A stretch of 64,000 nucleotides of DNA from an uncultured Candidatus Rokubacteria bacterium (GTDB lineage Bacteria > Methylomirabilota > Methylomirabilia > Rokubacteriales > CSP1-6), in contig CAVYTA010000006.1 of assembly GCA_963771355.1 (NCBI GenBank), positions 2,464,001 through 2,528,000 on the forward strand, read 5' to 3'. Each line of letters begins with the position of its first letter. The first letter of the stretch is position 1. The notes under the pieces were generated by a model. The model saw only the letters and a program-made list of their open reading frames with translations, had not been told where the DNA came from and searched no databases. The position numbers were made by a program, and so were the translations under genes. Shown one piece after another: positions 17,304 through 27,641 of the stretch.

Positions 17304-19121
17304 CTAGGCGCCGTCACGGGGGGCGGGCAGCTCCACGATGGAAGAGGGGCCGTTCCTACGGGGCTCTACCATGAGCCGGCGCGCGTGGAAGGAACCCAGC
17401 GTCGCCCGATGGCCGATGCTGAACATCATCGTATCCGGGAGCCGCTTGCGCATCAGCCGGTAGAGATAGCCCTCCGTCTCCTCGTCCACTGCCGAGGTCG
17501 CCTCGTCGAGAAAGAGCCAGTCGGGCTTCTGAACCAGGGCCCGCGCGAAGGCGATGCGCTGCTGTTCGCCGGGGGAGAGCTGGAGCGCCCAGTGGGCGGA
17601 CTCGTCGAGCCGTCCGCCGAGCTCCGTGAGCCCCACCGCCTCGAGCGCCTCGCGCAGGGTCGTGTCGTCCACCCCGGCCGCCGGCATCGGATAGCTCACC
17701 ACGTCCCGGAGCACGCCGATCGGCAGGTACGGCCGCTGCGGGAGAAAGAGGATTCGGGCGTCCTGCGGGATGTGGATCTCGCCACGCCCGAACGGCCAGA
17801 TGCCGGCGATGGCACGGACGAGTGTGCTCTTGCCCGAGCCCGACGTGCCCCCCAGGAGCACGGTCTCGCCGCGCAAGAGCGAGAGGTTGATGTTCGCCAT
17901 GAGGCGCTGGCCATCGGGTAGATCGAGATCGACCCCCTCGACGGTCAGCTGCGTGGGGCGCCCCTCGGCGAGCCGAACGCCGCTATCGCTCGCCTGCCGG
18001 CGCACGTGCTCGAGCGCACGCTCGAAGTCGGCGAGCCGTTCGACCACGGCACACCACGCCGCGATCTCCTTGTATGACTGCACGAAGAAGCTGAGCGCAT
18101 CCTGGACTTGCTGGAAGGCCTGACTCGTCTGCATGAGGCCGCCGAGCCCGAGCTCGCCTCGGAAGTAGCGGGGTGCCGCGACAATCGACGGGACGATCCA
18201 CGCCCCCAGCCCGTAGCCGGACGTGAAGTAGCTCATCCGCTTCTGCCGACGCATGATGCCCCACCAGTTGCCCACCACATCCTCGAACCGTTGGCGAAAA
18301 CCGCGGAACTCGTCCGTCTCGCCGCGGTAGAGCGCCACACCCTCGGTATTCTCGCGGAAGCGGACGAGGCTGAACCGGAAGTCGGCTTCGTACCGCTGCC
18401 GATCGAAGTTCAACCGGACGAGCGGGCGGCCGAGCCAGTCGGTCAGAAAGGTGCCGAAGAGTGCGTACAGAACGGCCACCCACACCATGTAGCCGGGGAC
18501 GGTGATGGACAATCCGCCCACCGGGACGGTGAACGTTCCGGACAGGCCCCAGAGGATCGCCACGAAGGTCACCAGCGTGACGATCGCGCGCAGGCCTCCG
18601 GTGAACAGTCCGAGGGTGTGGGAGGCGAGGAGGTGCACATCTTCCGCGATCCGCTGGTCCGGGTTATCGGTCTCGCGCGCCACGAGCTGCATCCGATAGT
18701 ACGCGCCATCGGCCAGCCAGGCGCGGAGGTAGCGGTCGGTCAGCCAGCGTCGCCAGCGAATCTCGAGCATCTGGTTGAGATAGACCTGGTAGACGGCAAG
18801 CAGGATGAAGATGCAGATCAGCCAGGTGACGCGGAACAGCTGCCCGCGAAACGCCACCAGATTCTTGTCCTGGAGCGCGGTGTAGAAGGCATTGTTCCAC
18901 TGATTCAAGAGAACCGTGAGGTAGACCATGCCGAGGGTGAGAAGCACGACGGCGAACAGGAGCCCTCGGGCCGCCCACCGGTCATCCGAGAACCAGTACG
19001 GGCGGATCATGGCCCAGGCGCTGGGAAGCGTCCGGCGCAGGCTGATCTTGGTCGGACCCTCAGAGGGCCTGGGGGGAGGGAGGTTAGCCACGAGCCGCCA
19101 CCGGGAAGCCGCCGAAGGCAA
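17304..19121 (-). CDS. Fused ABC transporter permease/ATPase, YddA/ABCD (COG4178)-type; start uncertain
   Basis: 'DNPDQRIAED', 'EADFRFSLVR.REN.E', Walker A 'GTSGSGKS', 'LSPGEQQR', 'LDEATSA'. Confidence 0.92.
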   Translation of the reverse strand: MPSAASRWRLVANLPPPRPSEGPTKISLRRTLPSAWAMIRPYWFSDDRWAARGLLFAVVLLTLGMVYLTVLLNQWNNAFYTALQDKNLVAFRGQLFRVTWLICIFILLAVYQVYLNQMLEIRWRRWLTDRYLRAWLADGAYYRMQLVARETDNPDQRIAEDVHLLASHTLGLFTGGLRAIVTLVTFVAILWGLSGTFTVPVGGLSITVPGYMVWVAVLYALFGTFLTDWLGRPLVRLNFDRQRYEADFRFSLVRFRENTEGVALYRGETDEFRGFRQRFEDVVGNWWGIMRRQKRMSYFTSGYGLGAWIVPSIVAAPRYFRGELGLGGLMQTSQAFQQVQDALSFFVQSYKEIAAWCAVVERLADFERALEHVRRQASDSGVRLAEGRPTQLTVEGVDLDLPDGQRLMANINLSLLRGETVLLGGTSGSGKSTLVRAIAGIWPFGRGEIHIPQDARILFLPQRPYLPIGVLRDVVSYPMPAAGVDDTTLREALEAVGLTELGGRLDESAHWALQLSPGEQQRIAFARALVQKPDWLFLDEATSAVDEETEGYLYRLMRKRLPDTMMFSIGHRATLGSFHARRLMVEPRRNGPSSIVELPAPRDGA

Positions 19122-19327
19122 TAGCTTGAAACCTTAGGTGGCAAGACCCATAGTGAGATCTCACCCAATGATTTTACAGGACTCGCCGGGAAATGAACTG
19201 AGAAGGATGGGCCGGCCGGCGGCGGCGGCGGCGGGGCCACGATCGGGCCTCGACTCCGAGGCCCCATCCAGGCATGCTTATAGACAATCTCCTGACAGTT
19301 CACAGCTAGGCGACGGAGACCTCAGCG

Positions 19328-20185
19328 ATGCGCCAACCGCTACTCGTACTGCTCGGACGCATATGGCGGGAAGCCCCCCACGGGCTGGGCCCGGGTCTGT
19401 CCCTCGTGAGCCTCGCGTTGGTGGTCGTCGGGTGCGCGAGCCCCTCGCTGATGCCGGAGTCCCAGGCGACGGCCATCAAGAATCGCGAACGAGCTCTCGC
19501 GCCTCACGCCAGCGCCATTCACTCCGCCATTGCCCAATCCGGGAATGCGGGCGCCCTGGTCTTTCTCGACGCCGAGGATGGCCGTCTGGTCGTCCTGCCG
19601 GGCGACAGTCCGGCCGATGCCTGGACGCGTCAGACCGCACCGCCGGAGAGCGGGACCGGTCGCGTGTCGGCGCCGCCGGTGCTCACCTACGTACATCGCG
19701 CGGACATACCCAAGGCTCCCGAGACCGTCACCCGGAGCGTTCTCCAGCAAGAAGGGGCCCTGCGGGTGTCCGTGGCCGCTCTCCAGAGCGAGCTCAGCGA
19801 GGCGCACCGGCGCATCGAGGAGCGCTTGGGCCTCGTACAGCGCGAGCTCGCCGAGTCGATCGCAACGGCGAAGCGGGAGGCAGACACCTCGCTGGCCACC
19901 GCGCGCGCGGACCTGCAGAGGGCGTTGAGCTCGTTCTCCGAGGAGCTGGCGGCGGCCCGTAAGTTCATGCTGCAGACGGCCCAGCTCGGCTGGCTCAATC
20001 ACGAGCTGATTGTCGAGAACGCGAACGCGGTACGGAAGGTGGCGACGGCCAGCCAGGAGCTGACCGCGAGCTCGGCAAAGCTCGAAGAGACCATGCGCCT
20101 GCTCTCGGAGACGCTGACCGGGCAGCTCAAGCAGCTGGCGAGACGGCTCGACACCCTTCAGGGCAAGGTCAGTAGCCTCAAGTGA
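19328..20185 (+). CDS. Hypothetical lipoprotein with long C-terminal coiled coil
   Basis: 'LVVVG-C' lipobox-like sequence; heptad-rich C-terminus. Confidence 0.7.
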   Translation: MRQPLLVLLGRIWREAPHGLGPGLSLVSLALVVVGCASPSLMPESQATAIKNRERALAPHASAIHSAIAQSGNAGALVFLDAEDGRLVVLPGDSPADAWTRQTAPPESGTGRVSAPPVLTYVHRADIPKAPETVTRSVLQQEGALRVSVAALQSELSEAHRRIEERLGLVQRELAESIATAKREADTSLATARADLQRALSSFSEELAAARKFMLQTAQLGWLNHELIVENANAVRKVATASQELTASSAKLEETMRLLSETLTGQLKQLARRLDTLQGKVSSLK

Positions 20186-20841
20186 GGTCGGCCATGCACC
20201 ACCGCGACCAGGTGCGAGGACGTCGTCTCCCGCTGCTGGCCGGCCTTCTGCTCTCGCTGATCGCGGCCCCGGACGCGCACGCCGGAGAGTGGGAGACCAT
20301 GCGTGAGAACTACGACAACACGCTCCGGACTCATGCCAAGCGGATCGCCGAGATCGAGGCCAGGGAGCGCGGGGGTCCGGCGGACCAGGAGAAGCGCGCG
20401 GACAAGATCACGAGGGATCGGATCGCCGGAATCAGGGGCTCCCTGAAGGGCGGCGGGAAGGCCCGGAGCCTGGCCGACGCCGCGGGGAGGGCGTCCGGGG
20501 ACCCGAGATCATTGAGCGACGTGGACCAAGAGCAAGGCCAGTACCTCGAGGTCGTCAAGAACGAGTGGCGCGCGGAAGGGGCGGAACGGAGGACGCTCCG
20601 CGAGTCCCTCGCGGCCCTCCCGAAGAACCTCGAGCGCACCAATGCGAGCCTGGCGAGGACGATCGAGGTTGCCGAGGCCACCACCATGCACGTGCCGCAT
20701 TCCGGCGTGCTCGAGAGGGTCGCGGAGATCGAGGGCGAGGCGAAAGAGCGGGCGAAATGGGAGCACGACCGGGCCGCGCGCGAGCGGGAGCGCCAGCAGA
20801 GAGAGCGCGAAGCCGCTGAGCGCGAGCGGGGCGTGCGGTGA
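20182..20841 (+). CDS. Hypothetical secreted helical/coiled-coil protein
   Basis: Signal peptide ending 'AHA'; charged helical body; GTGA overlap with upstream gene. Confidence 0.65.
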   Translation: MRSAMHHRDQVRGRRLPLLAGLLLSLIAAPDAHAGEWETMRENYDNTLRTHAKRIAEIEARERGGPADQEKRADKITRDRIAGIRGSLKGGGKARSLADAAGRASGDPRSLSDVDQEQGQYLEVVKNEWRAEGAERRTLRESLAALPKNLERTNASLARTIEVAEATTMHVPHSGVLERVAEIEGEAKERAKWEHDRAARERERQQREREAAERERGVR

Positions 20842-20845
20842 AGAC

Positions 20846-22759
20846 TTAGAGGTCGAGCTGGCCGCCGACCACCCGCGCGTAGTAGCCCTGCTCGGCGAGG
20901 AGGTCTTCGGGGGCACCCATCTCGGTCAACCGGCCCCCGTCCACGACCAGGATCTTGTCGACCCGCCGGATGGTGGTGAGCCGGTGGGCGACCATCAACG
21001 TCGTGCGACCGCGCATCAGCGCGAAGAGGCTGGCCACGACCTGGGCTTCGCTCTCCACGTCGAGCGCGCTCGTCGGCTCGTCCATCAATAGGATCGGCGC
21101 GTCCTTCAGGAACGCCCGGGCCAGGTTGATCCGCTGCTTCTCTCCGACACTCAAGTGCGCGCCCCCATCCCCGATGACCGTCCGATAGTGCTGGGGTAGC
21201 TTCTGGATGAGCTCGTCGGCCCGGGCGGCGTGCGCGGCGGCCTCGATCTCCTCCATCGTCGCGTCGGGCTTCCCGTAGGAGATGTTCTCGGCCACGGTGG
21301 TGGGCAGGATGATCGGCTCCTGCAAGACCAGGGCGATCTGGGCCCGCAGGTCCTCCAGGCGAAGGTCGCGCAGGTCCACGCCTTCCAGGAGCACGGCACC
21401 GCGCGCGGGGTCGAAGAAGCGCGGCAGCAGGTTCAAGAGCGTCGTCTTGCCGGCGCCGCTCGGACCGATGATGGCCGCCGACGTGCCCGCCAGGAGCTTG
21501 AAGCTGACGTGGTGCAACGCCGGCCGCGAGCTCTCATACGCGAAGGAGACGTCGTCGTAGGCGACGTTGCCGTAGACCGGGAGCGGGGGCCGCGGCGGCC
21601 CGGCACGCCCGCCTCCGGCGGCGGCGAACATGTCGTCGGCCGAGGTGGGGAGCTCCGCCGGTCCGTAGAGGTCCCGGCCCTGGTAGACCCGGCGCGCCTC
21701 CGGGCGGTCCTTCACCTCCTCGGGCGTGTCCAGGATCTCGAACACCCGCCCGGTGCTCGCGCGGGCGCTCGACAGGGTGGCCCCGACCTGCGAGAGTTGA
21801 TGGAGCGGCTCGAAGAGCTGGGCGACGTAGGCAAGAAACACCAGCAGCTCCCCCACCGACAGGTTGGCGTCCAGCACCTGCTGAGCGCCCACCCAGGTCA
21901 CCCCGAGCGTGCACACGCTCAGGATCACCGAGATCGAGCCCCAGTAGAAGACCTCGAGCCCCTGCTGCGCCATCTTGTGCTGGCGCGCCTTTTCGGTGTG
22001 CGCCGTGAAGCGCTGCCGCTCGTGGTCCTCACGCGCATGGCTCTGAATCAGCGGCAGGGCGGTGATCCCCTGGTGGATCAGCGCGTAGACTTTGCCCTCC
22101 GCTTGCTGGGCGGCCGTGCCCCGGATCCGCATCGCCCGTCCGAAGACATTGATCGACAGCACCAGGATCGGTACCGCGACCAGGGCCACCGCGGTGAGGC
22201 GCAAGTTCAGCCGGGCCATCGCCACCGCCATGAACAGGAGCGTGCCGGTGGCGCTGAGGAAGATCAGCAACCCCTGCAGGAACAGGGTTTGAAAAGCGAC
22301 CGTGTCCGTCCCGGCGCGGAAGATGATGTCGCCCGCCTGGGTGCCGTGGTGATAGCGCAGCGAGAGGCGCTGGAGCCAGCCGAACACCTCATCGCGAACC
22401 CGCCGCAAACCCCGGAGGCCCACCCCGATCGAGAGGTACACGTGCCCGGCACAGGCGGCGGCGTGCGCCAGGTGAAGGGCCAGCGACGCCGCCACGATGG
22501 TGGTGAGCATGGCGGGCTGCCCCCAGGACTGCACCCCGTCCGGCAGCCACCCGGGGTACGGCTTGCTGCCGAGGATGTTGTCGACCAGGAGGGCCAGGGG
22601 CCAGGGCTTGAGCAGGTTGAGCCCGATGCTGAGGAGCAATAGACCCAGGGACAGGGAAATTCTTCCAGCATCAGGGCGGAAGTAACCCAGCGCCCGGAGC
22701 AACTGGCGAAAACGTCCAACAGCAGAGCTGATTTCGCGCGTCAAACCGTTGGGATCCAT
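20846..22759 (-). CDS. ABC exporter, fused permease/ATPase (MdlB/MsbA-like)
   Basis: 'LLKPWPL', Walker A 'GPSGAGKT', 'LSVGEKQR', 'MDEPTSALD', 'AHRL'. Confidence 0.93.
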   Translation of the reverse strand: MDPNGLTREISSAVGRFRQLLRALGYFRPDAGRISLSLGLLLLSIGLNLLKPWPLALLVDNILGSKPYPGWLPDGVQSWGQPAMLTTIVAASLALHLAHAAACAGHVYLSIGVGLRGLRRVRDEVFGWLQRLSLRYHHGTQAGDIIFRAGTDTVAFQTLFLQGLLIFLSATGTLLFMAVAMARLNLRLTAVALVAVPILVLSINVFGRAMRIRGTAAQQAEGKVYALIHQGITALPLIQSHAREDHERQRFTAHTEKARQHKMAQQGLEVFYWGSISVILSVCTLGVTWVGAQQVLDANLSVGELLVFLAYVAQLFEPLHQLSQVGATLSSARASTGRVFEILDTPEEVKDRPEARRVYQGRDLYGPAELPTSADDMFAAAGGGRAGPPRPPLPVYGNVAYDDVSFAYESSRPALHHVSFKLLAGTSAAIIGPSGAGKTTLLNLLPRFFDPARGAVLLEGVDLRDLRLEDLRAQIALVLQEPIILPTTVAENISYGKPDATMEEIEAAAHAARADELIQKLPQHYRTVIGDGGAHLSVGEKQRINLARAFLKDAPILLMDEPTSALDVESEAQVVASLFALMRGRTTLMVAHRLTTIRRVDKILVVDGGRLTEMGAPEDLLAEQGYYARVVGGQLDL

Positions 22760-23079
22760 GGAGGCAATTGACTCAAGGCAGCAAGCCACGTGCCACGCCG
22801 CTCGGGCGAATCCGGACCACCGACGAGGCCTTGAAACTTGCCGACTTCTTGGGGCCTGGTCATCGGTCGTCGCGGCGACGGCATCGGGTCACCATGTAAT
22901 TCCTACACAAGCGACCATGTAGGGCGGCCGATCTCGGGGTCCCTGCCCCGTGAGTGAGCACCGCGACCGGACAGCGGCAGCGCGAAGCCCTGGGGGTCCC
23001 CCCCGTTCGCTTCAGACAGGTGAGATCAGTTCTCGAGTCGGATTCAACGGATTTCATGAGCAACTTGGGCCGCTTTCCA

Positions 23080-23150
23080 CGCAAACTTCGGAGCGGTCAT
23101 GCTCGTTCCCATCTGCGCTCATGCTGGGCCGCTCCAGCCATTTCCTAGGT
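23080..23150 (-). repeat. Degenerate attC
   Basis: Minus strand ACCTAGG-AAATGG-CTGGAGCGG...CCGCTCC-GAA-GTTTGCG, overlapping the gene stop. Confidence 0.5.
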
Positions 23151-23471
23151 GGACTCACCCGTCGCACCGACGTCAGAGAAGGATGACACGATTTCGAAGG
23201 GGGCGTGGCCGTCCACATGATAGAGCTTTCCCCCGTCCTTCACGAAACCCGTGAGCAGTCGGCGCAGAAGGCTGGCCGCCAGGCACAATGCCTGAAGCGA
23301 GCTCGCACCGCGAACGTCGGGCAACTTGTCGTAGAGACCCGTGAGAACCACCGGGCAGGCCCATTCGTGAGGGTCGATTGCGTAGGGGCGTCCAATGCCG
23401 GCCCTGACGTCAAACCGATCTCCCTTTGGACGCGACGCAACGAGCTTCTCTTCGGCTATGAGTTTGGCCAT
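23145..23471 (-). CDS. Hypothetical protein (DUF6968-like)
   Basis: 'IGRPY...EWACPV...GASSLQALCLA'; ATG follows upstream stop. Confidence 0.65.
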   Translation of the reverse strand: MAKLIAEEKLVASRPKGDRFDVRAGIGRPYAIDPHEWACPVVLTGLYDKLPDVRGASSLQALCLAASLLRRLLTGFVKDGGKLYHVDGHAPFEIVSSFSDVGATGEST

Positions 23472-23478
23472 CTCTCGA

Positions 23479-24468
23479 CTATTGAACGGTGTAGTCCGCG
23501 CGCTGTAGCAGGGCCGGCGGAATCGTGAGGCCGAGCGCTCGGGCGGTCTTGAGATTGATCGCCAGCTCGAACTTGATCGGCGGCTCCACGGGAAGGTGTG
23601 CGGGGTTCGCGCCACTGAGGATTCGGTGGACGTAGGTGGCGCAACGACGATATAGATCGCGCCGGTCGGTGCCGTACGACATGAGGCCTCCGGCGTCCAC
23701 GAATTCCCTGAGTCCATAGATGGCCGGGAGCCGGCTCATTGCCGCGAAGTCGAGGATCCGCGTCCGGTACGTGAACGTGAAATAGTCTTCCACCGCGATG
23801 AGCGCGTCGATCTGGTCGAAGAGCGCCGTCTCGAACAGCTGTTCGAAAGGCTCGGATCTCTGCAGCTCGAGACGCGTGAGCTTTACTCCCATGGCCCGGG
23901 CTACCCTATCCGTGTCTCTCACGATCAGCGGAGCGGTGAGGTCGCCCGGATTCCAGAGGATGCCGACCCGCGATAGCGCGGGCACCGCCTCCTTAAGGAG
24001 CTGCAATCGCTTGCCGCCCAGCTCAGGCGGGGCCGTGATATACAGCCCGGTGACATTCCCTCCCGGCCGAGCCAGGCTGGCCACGATGCCCTCGAGAGCC
24101 GGGTCGCCACTCGACGCCATGACGATCGGTGTCGTTTGCGTGGCGTGCTTGGCGGCCAGCGTCGCCGGGGTTCCCCGCGTCACGATCACGTCGACCTTGA
24201 GCTGGACCAGCTCGGTCGCGAGGTCCGAGAACCGCTCCGGGCGGCCCTCCGCCGAACGGTACTCGAGCACGAAGGTCTGCCCCTCCACGTACCCGAGTTC
24301 GGCCAGCCCTTGGCGGAACGCGCTGAGGTTCGCCGCGTTCGACGCGACGCCCACGATCTCCAGCACCCCGATGCGGTGAACCTTCCCCGTTGGCTGCGCG
24401 GCGGGGGTGAGCGGCGCGGCCAGAATGAGTACGGCCACAACCAGGCTGAGTGCGGGTAGGCGGTTCAC
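23479..24468 (-). CDS. ABC transporter substrate-binding protein (ABC_sub_bind/PF04392-type)
   Basis: 'FRQGLAELGYVEG', 'SLARPGGNVTG', 'GGLMSYG', 'LPVEPPIKFELAINLKTA'. Confidence 0.92.
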   Translation of the reverse strand: MNRLPALSLVVAVLILAAPLTPAAQPTGKVHRIGVLEIVGVASNAANLSAFRQGLAELGYVEGQTFVLEYRSAEGRPERFSDLATELVQLKVDVIVTRGTPATLAAKHATQTTPIVMASSGDPALEGIVASLARPGGNVTGLYITAPPELGGKRLQLLKEAVPALSRVGILWNPGDLTAPLIVRDTDRVARAMGVKLTRLELQRSEPFEQLFETALFDQIDALIAVEDYFTFTYRTRILDFAAMSRLPAIYGLREFVDAGGLMSYGTDRRDLYRRCATYVHRILSGANPAHLPVEPPIKFELAINLKTARALGLTIPPALLQRADYTVQ

Positions 24469-24983
24469 GGGTCGGCCAGCATCTTCCGGATGCGCTCCAC
24501 CTCTGACGCGGGCATCCGCTTGAACAGCGGTCTCACCGTGTAGTTGCCAACCATCTTCCCGTTTCGCATGTAGACCCAGTCCGAGATGTCGCCCTCGGCA
24601 ATCTCGATCCGATCGCCAAATTTCACACTCCCCACGATATTGGGCTCATTGTCGATCGTGCCCAGTATCTTACCGTCGCGTCGGGCGATGCCCGTGGCCC
24701 AAAAATATTCCGTGCCCCTCTGGTCGGTCACCATGACTTTCAATGCGAAGCTACTATCTCCTTGCGCTGGCTTCTCGAAGACCTGCCAGAAGGCTGGAAG
24801 CGTGCTCCGTGCTTGTGCGATGGCGCCAAGCATCTCTGGATCGTCTGCCTCGATATTCACCATCTTGTTGTGCTCGCGCTCGGAGCAGGCGATCAGGGAT
24901 CCCGCCAGCACTCCCACCAAGAGGACGGAGATAGCCCTGCGACTCATGCGCTGCGGCCAAACGATGGAAGGGTCAGGCGTCAT
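24465..24983 (-). CDS. YegJ/DUF2314 family lipoprotein
   Basis: 'DDPEM..AI..AR.TL', 'GTIDNEP', 'ISDWVY..GKMVGNYT'; 'LIA-C' lipobox. Confidence 0.85.
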   Translation of the reverse strand: MTPDPSIVWPQRMSRRAISVLLVGVLAGSLIACSEREHNKMVNIEADDPEMLGAIAQARSTLPAFWQVFEKPAQGDSSFALKVMVTDQRGTEYFWATGIARRDGKILGTIDNEPNIVGSVKFGDRIEIAEGDISDWVYMRNGKMVGNYTVRPLFKRMPASEVERIRKMLADP

Positions 24984-25594
24984 TTCTCGGTAAGGGCAAG
25001 CTTGGCCCCCAACCCGGCGAAGGCGGCGGCAAAGCCATAGCGCAGCCAGCTTTGCACCCGGGCTGACTCCACCACGAGCCTCTGAAAGGCGTGCGCGACA
25101 AAGCCATAGACGACAAAGACTGTGAACGTCATGGCCATGAAGACTGCGCTCAGAAGAAGGAGCTGCCAGAGAGGTTGGCCGGCAGTGGGATCAACGAACT
25201 GGGGCAGAAAGGCCAAGAAGAAGATGGTCAGCTTGGGGTTCAGGATGTTGAGCAGGACGGCCTTGATGACCAGGCCGGCGGCAGAGGTCTTGGAAAGACC
25301 GCCATCCACCGCAAATGCGGACTGGTCGCGCCAGGTTGCATATGCCACGTAGAACAGGTAGACCACGCCGGCGTACTTGAGGACCTGGAAAGCCAGGGCA
25401 CTGGCATGCATGACCGCCGCCAGGCCCAGCACAGTAGCCATGAGATGAGGAACGATCCCTGCCGTGCACCCGATAGCGGCGTACACGCTGGCCTTTCGAC
25501 CTTGGGCCAGGCCCGTCGACACGGTGTAGATGACGCCCGTCCCAGGAATGAGCACGACCACGAGCGACGTGATGAGGAATTCGAGGCTGATCAT
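24980..25594 (-). CDS. LysE/RhtB family translocator
   Basis: 'IPGTGV', 'NILNPKLTIFFLAFLPQF'. Confidence 0.92.
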   Translation of the reverse strand: MISLEFLITSLVVVLIPGTGVIYTVSTGLAQGRKASVYAAIGCTAGIVPHLMATVLGLAAVMHASALAFQVLKYAGVVYLFYVAYATWRDQSAFAVDGGLSKTSAAGLVIKAVLLNILNPKLTIFFLAFLPQFVDPTAGQPLWQLLLLSAVFMAMTFTVFVVYGFVAHAFQRLVVESARVQSWLRYGFAAAFAGLGAKLALTEK

Positions 25595-25869
25595 GAGTTC
25601 CCCTGCTGATACGGCGCGGCGGAGCGGGGCGCATCAGACAGCTGCTCGTCCAGAGACTGGCGATACCGCAGGCAGCCCCGAAGAAACTCGGGCCATGTAG
25701 GGACCGTCGGCAGGGGGTCGGTCTTCTCGGGCAGGAGGCCCCAGAGCGCCGGGTGATGCCAGCAGAGCGCGTGTCCGGTGCTGTCACGATGCGCTCGGAT
25801 CCCGGCGCGCAACCGCCTCGCCTCGGCAACCAGTTGCTCGCGTGTCATCGCTTCGAGGTCCTCGTCCAC
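25591..25869 (-). CDS. Conserved hypothetical protein
   Basis: 'IRAHRDSTGHALCWHHP.LWGLLPE'; AAGGAG RBS before GTG. Confidence 0.75.
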   Translation of the reverse strand: MDEDLEAMTREQLVAEARRLRAGIRAHRDSTGHALCWHHPALWGLLPEKTDPLPTVPTWPEFLRGCLRYRQSLDEQLSDAPRSAAPYQQGNS

Positions 25870-25892
25870 GATATCTCCTTACCCCCGCGGCG

Positions 25893-25992
25893 AGCTAACG
25901 TTGAAGCTCGCCAGCGTTCCCGCGGCATTCAGCTCGGGCGGTCAGCCGCGCGGCGCTTTGGCCGCGTCGGCTGCACCGGCTTGTTGGACGCC
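25893..25992 (-). repeat. Chimeric/damaged attC
   Basis: Minus strand GTCCAAC-AAGCCGGTGCAGCCGAC...CGGCTGACCG joined to a non-matching right arm GCTTCAAC-GTTAGCT. Confidence 0.7.
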
Positions 25993-26357
25993 CGCCTCGT
26001 TGAACTCGCGCCGAGTTCCTTTTTTAGACGTTCGAAGTAGCGACGCTTGGCCCGTTCGACCACCTTCGGATCGTCGCGGTACCGACGCTTCGGCTTGTCG
26101 GCTCTCTTGGCTTCGACAACTTCAATCGACACTCTATCTCCTACACGGAGACGTTGGCTCCACCACTTCAAGTGCTCCTTGGATTCACTATCAAGCCCAC
26201 TCAGTTCAGCAGTGAGCTCCTCTTCTATGGTCTTGCCATCGCGCCCGTTCTCGGCCTTCCGCCGCACCCACGTGATGATGGCAGACAACACGCCGAAGGC
26301 GCGGACTCCGGCCGTGCATATGTACTCTCCATTGATCGACAGCTTGAAGGCAATCAT
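25929..26357 (-). CDS. Hypothetical cassette protein (ORF reads into its attC)
   Basis: GTTAGAC..GGAG-ATG start; the C-terminus 'SNKPVQPT' is translated attC. Confidence 0.75.
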   Translation of the reverse strand: MIAFKLSINGEYICTAGVRAFGVLSAIITWVRRKAENGRDGKTIEEELTAELSGLDSESKEHLKWWSQRLRVGDRVSIEVVEAKRADKPKRRYRDDPKVVERAKRRYFERLKKELGASSTRRASNKPVQPTRPKRRAADRPS

Positions 26358-26890
26358 CTCCGTACCGATCGGCGTCTAACCCCCTTTGCCGCCGCTGACG
26401 AGCGCCGTTTGTGACGACGCGATGGAACTTCTCTTCTCGGGGCATAGATCGTCGTGGCTATGGTGCCTCCGACATTGGCGACAGCACGAAGAAGTTTCGG
26501 ACTGAGAGAGGTCTCGCAAGGGCCTGCTGTCTTGCCGGGTCCCCGCGGGTACCAGCGGCCGGACCCCACCGGCCGTTCATACAACAGACTCACGAACTCC
26601 CCACCCTCATATCCGACGTTGAAAACACGTGACTCCGCGTGCCTCCACAGTCGACCGGCTCTGGGCGGAAGTGACTCGACCACCTTGAGCAGGGCCCAGA
26701 TCGTCTGTTCCGGCGTCAACGGTCTCACCGACTTTGCTTCGATCCTCGCAAGACACTTCCGCCGAACTTTGCCAACATGGAGGACGAGACTTCGGGGCTC
26801 CACGGCGGCCGCAAATGCGGCGAGATCCTCCCGCGACCACACCTCCAGGTCGACATTGATGAAGTGAGGCCCGCTGAAAGCGAGCCCCCG
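26354..26890 (-). pseudogene. Hypothetical cassette gene with no clear start, reading through an attC remnant
   Basis: Protein-like 'GPHFINVDLEVWSREDL..' begins right after the upstream stop, with no ATG or RBS. Confidence 0.5.
26371..26410 (-). repeat. attC right-arm remnant (R' GTTAGAC at 26374-26380)
   Basis: GTTAGACGCC matches cassette end GTTGGACGCC (25983-25992) at 9/10. Confidence 0.65.
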
Positions 26891-26891
26891 C

Positions 26892-27617
26892 TTAGATATA
26901 GAGGTCCTGAGCACTGTGCCACTCGTGTCCGAGGTTGCGCATGACAAGAGCGCAGTCGAACGCCACGCTTCCTCTCGGAAATCTCGCCTCGTCGGAGAAG
27001 TAAGTGGAATGAACTTCTTCCACTTGGAGAGGCTCCACGCTCCATCCCTGCGTCCGAAGCTCGATCCCGTCGAGCCGGCCCGCATCACTCGTGACGGAAT
27101 AGCCGACGGAGCCGGGCTCAAAGAAAGCAGACGCCTCCGCAAGGGACGAGAAACATGATGAGCTGGGAAGCCCGCCCCCGTCGAGCCTCCCGCGGAGCCT
27201 CACCGACACTTCGCGATCGTCGGACTGCATGCTGAGGTCGATGCCGTCCGAGGCCTCTCGGACGGAGAAACGGGCGCGGTGATGCTCTCCGGGGAAGAGC
27301 CGACCGCCGGCGAAGTGGTTCATGGCCGACCCTGTGTCCCGGCGCGGAATAAAGACCCCCTCCTTCTCGCTGTCCTCCGCCAGCCAACGCACAGCGACCC
27401 GGTGGGCGGCATTCTCACTTGAGAGGCCGAGGAGGGAGGGAACGAATCGGGGGCGGACAGACTCTAGCCGGATCAGACAGATCCCGGCGATGGAATGGCC
27501 CCGATGAAGCTTTGGGCGAAAGCGCGATGGAAGCTGCGTCTGCATGACGACTGGGTCGATCCTGAAATTCACGAGTATGCGTCGCCGAATCACGCCCTGG
27601 ATGACCGGGAGCCGCAT
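26892..27617 (-). CDS. DUF2071-like protein
   Basis: 'IRRRILVNFR.DP', 'GICLIRLE', 'SENAAHR', 'FDCALVMRN'. Confidence 0.8.
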   Translation of the reverse strand: MRLPVIQGVIRRRILVNFRIDPVVMQTQLPSRFRPKLHRGHSIAGICLIRLESVRPRFVPSLLGLSSENAAHRVAVRWLAEDSEKEGVFIPRRDTGSAMNHFAGGRLFPGEHHRARFSVREASDGIDLSMQSDDREVSVRLRGRLDGGGLPSSSCFSSLAEASAFFEPGSVGYSVTSDAGRLDGIELRTQGWSVEPLQVEEVHSTYFSDEARFPRGSVAFDCALVMRNLGHEWHSAQDLYI

Positions 27618-27641
27618 GTTCGCCTGTCCCCATTCTGTGGA

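Noticed and set aside
22790..23080. Long intergenic region as a possible ncRNA or riboswitch
   Set aside because: No recognisable family motif by eye; an Rfam/Infernal scan would be needed
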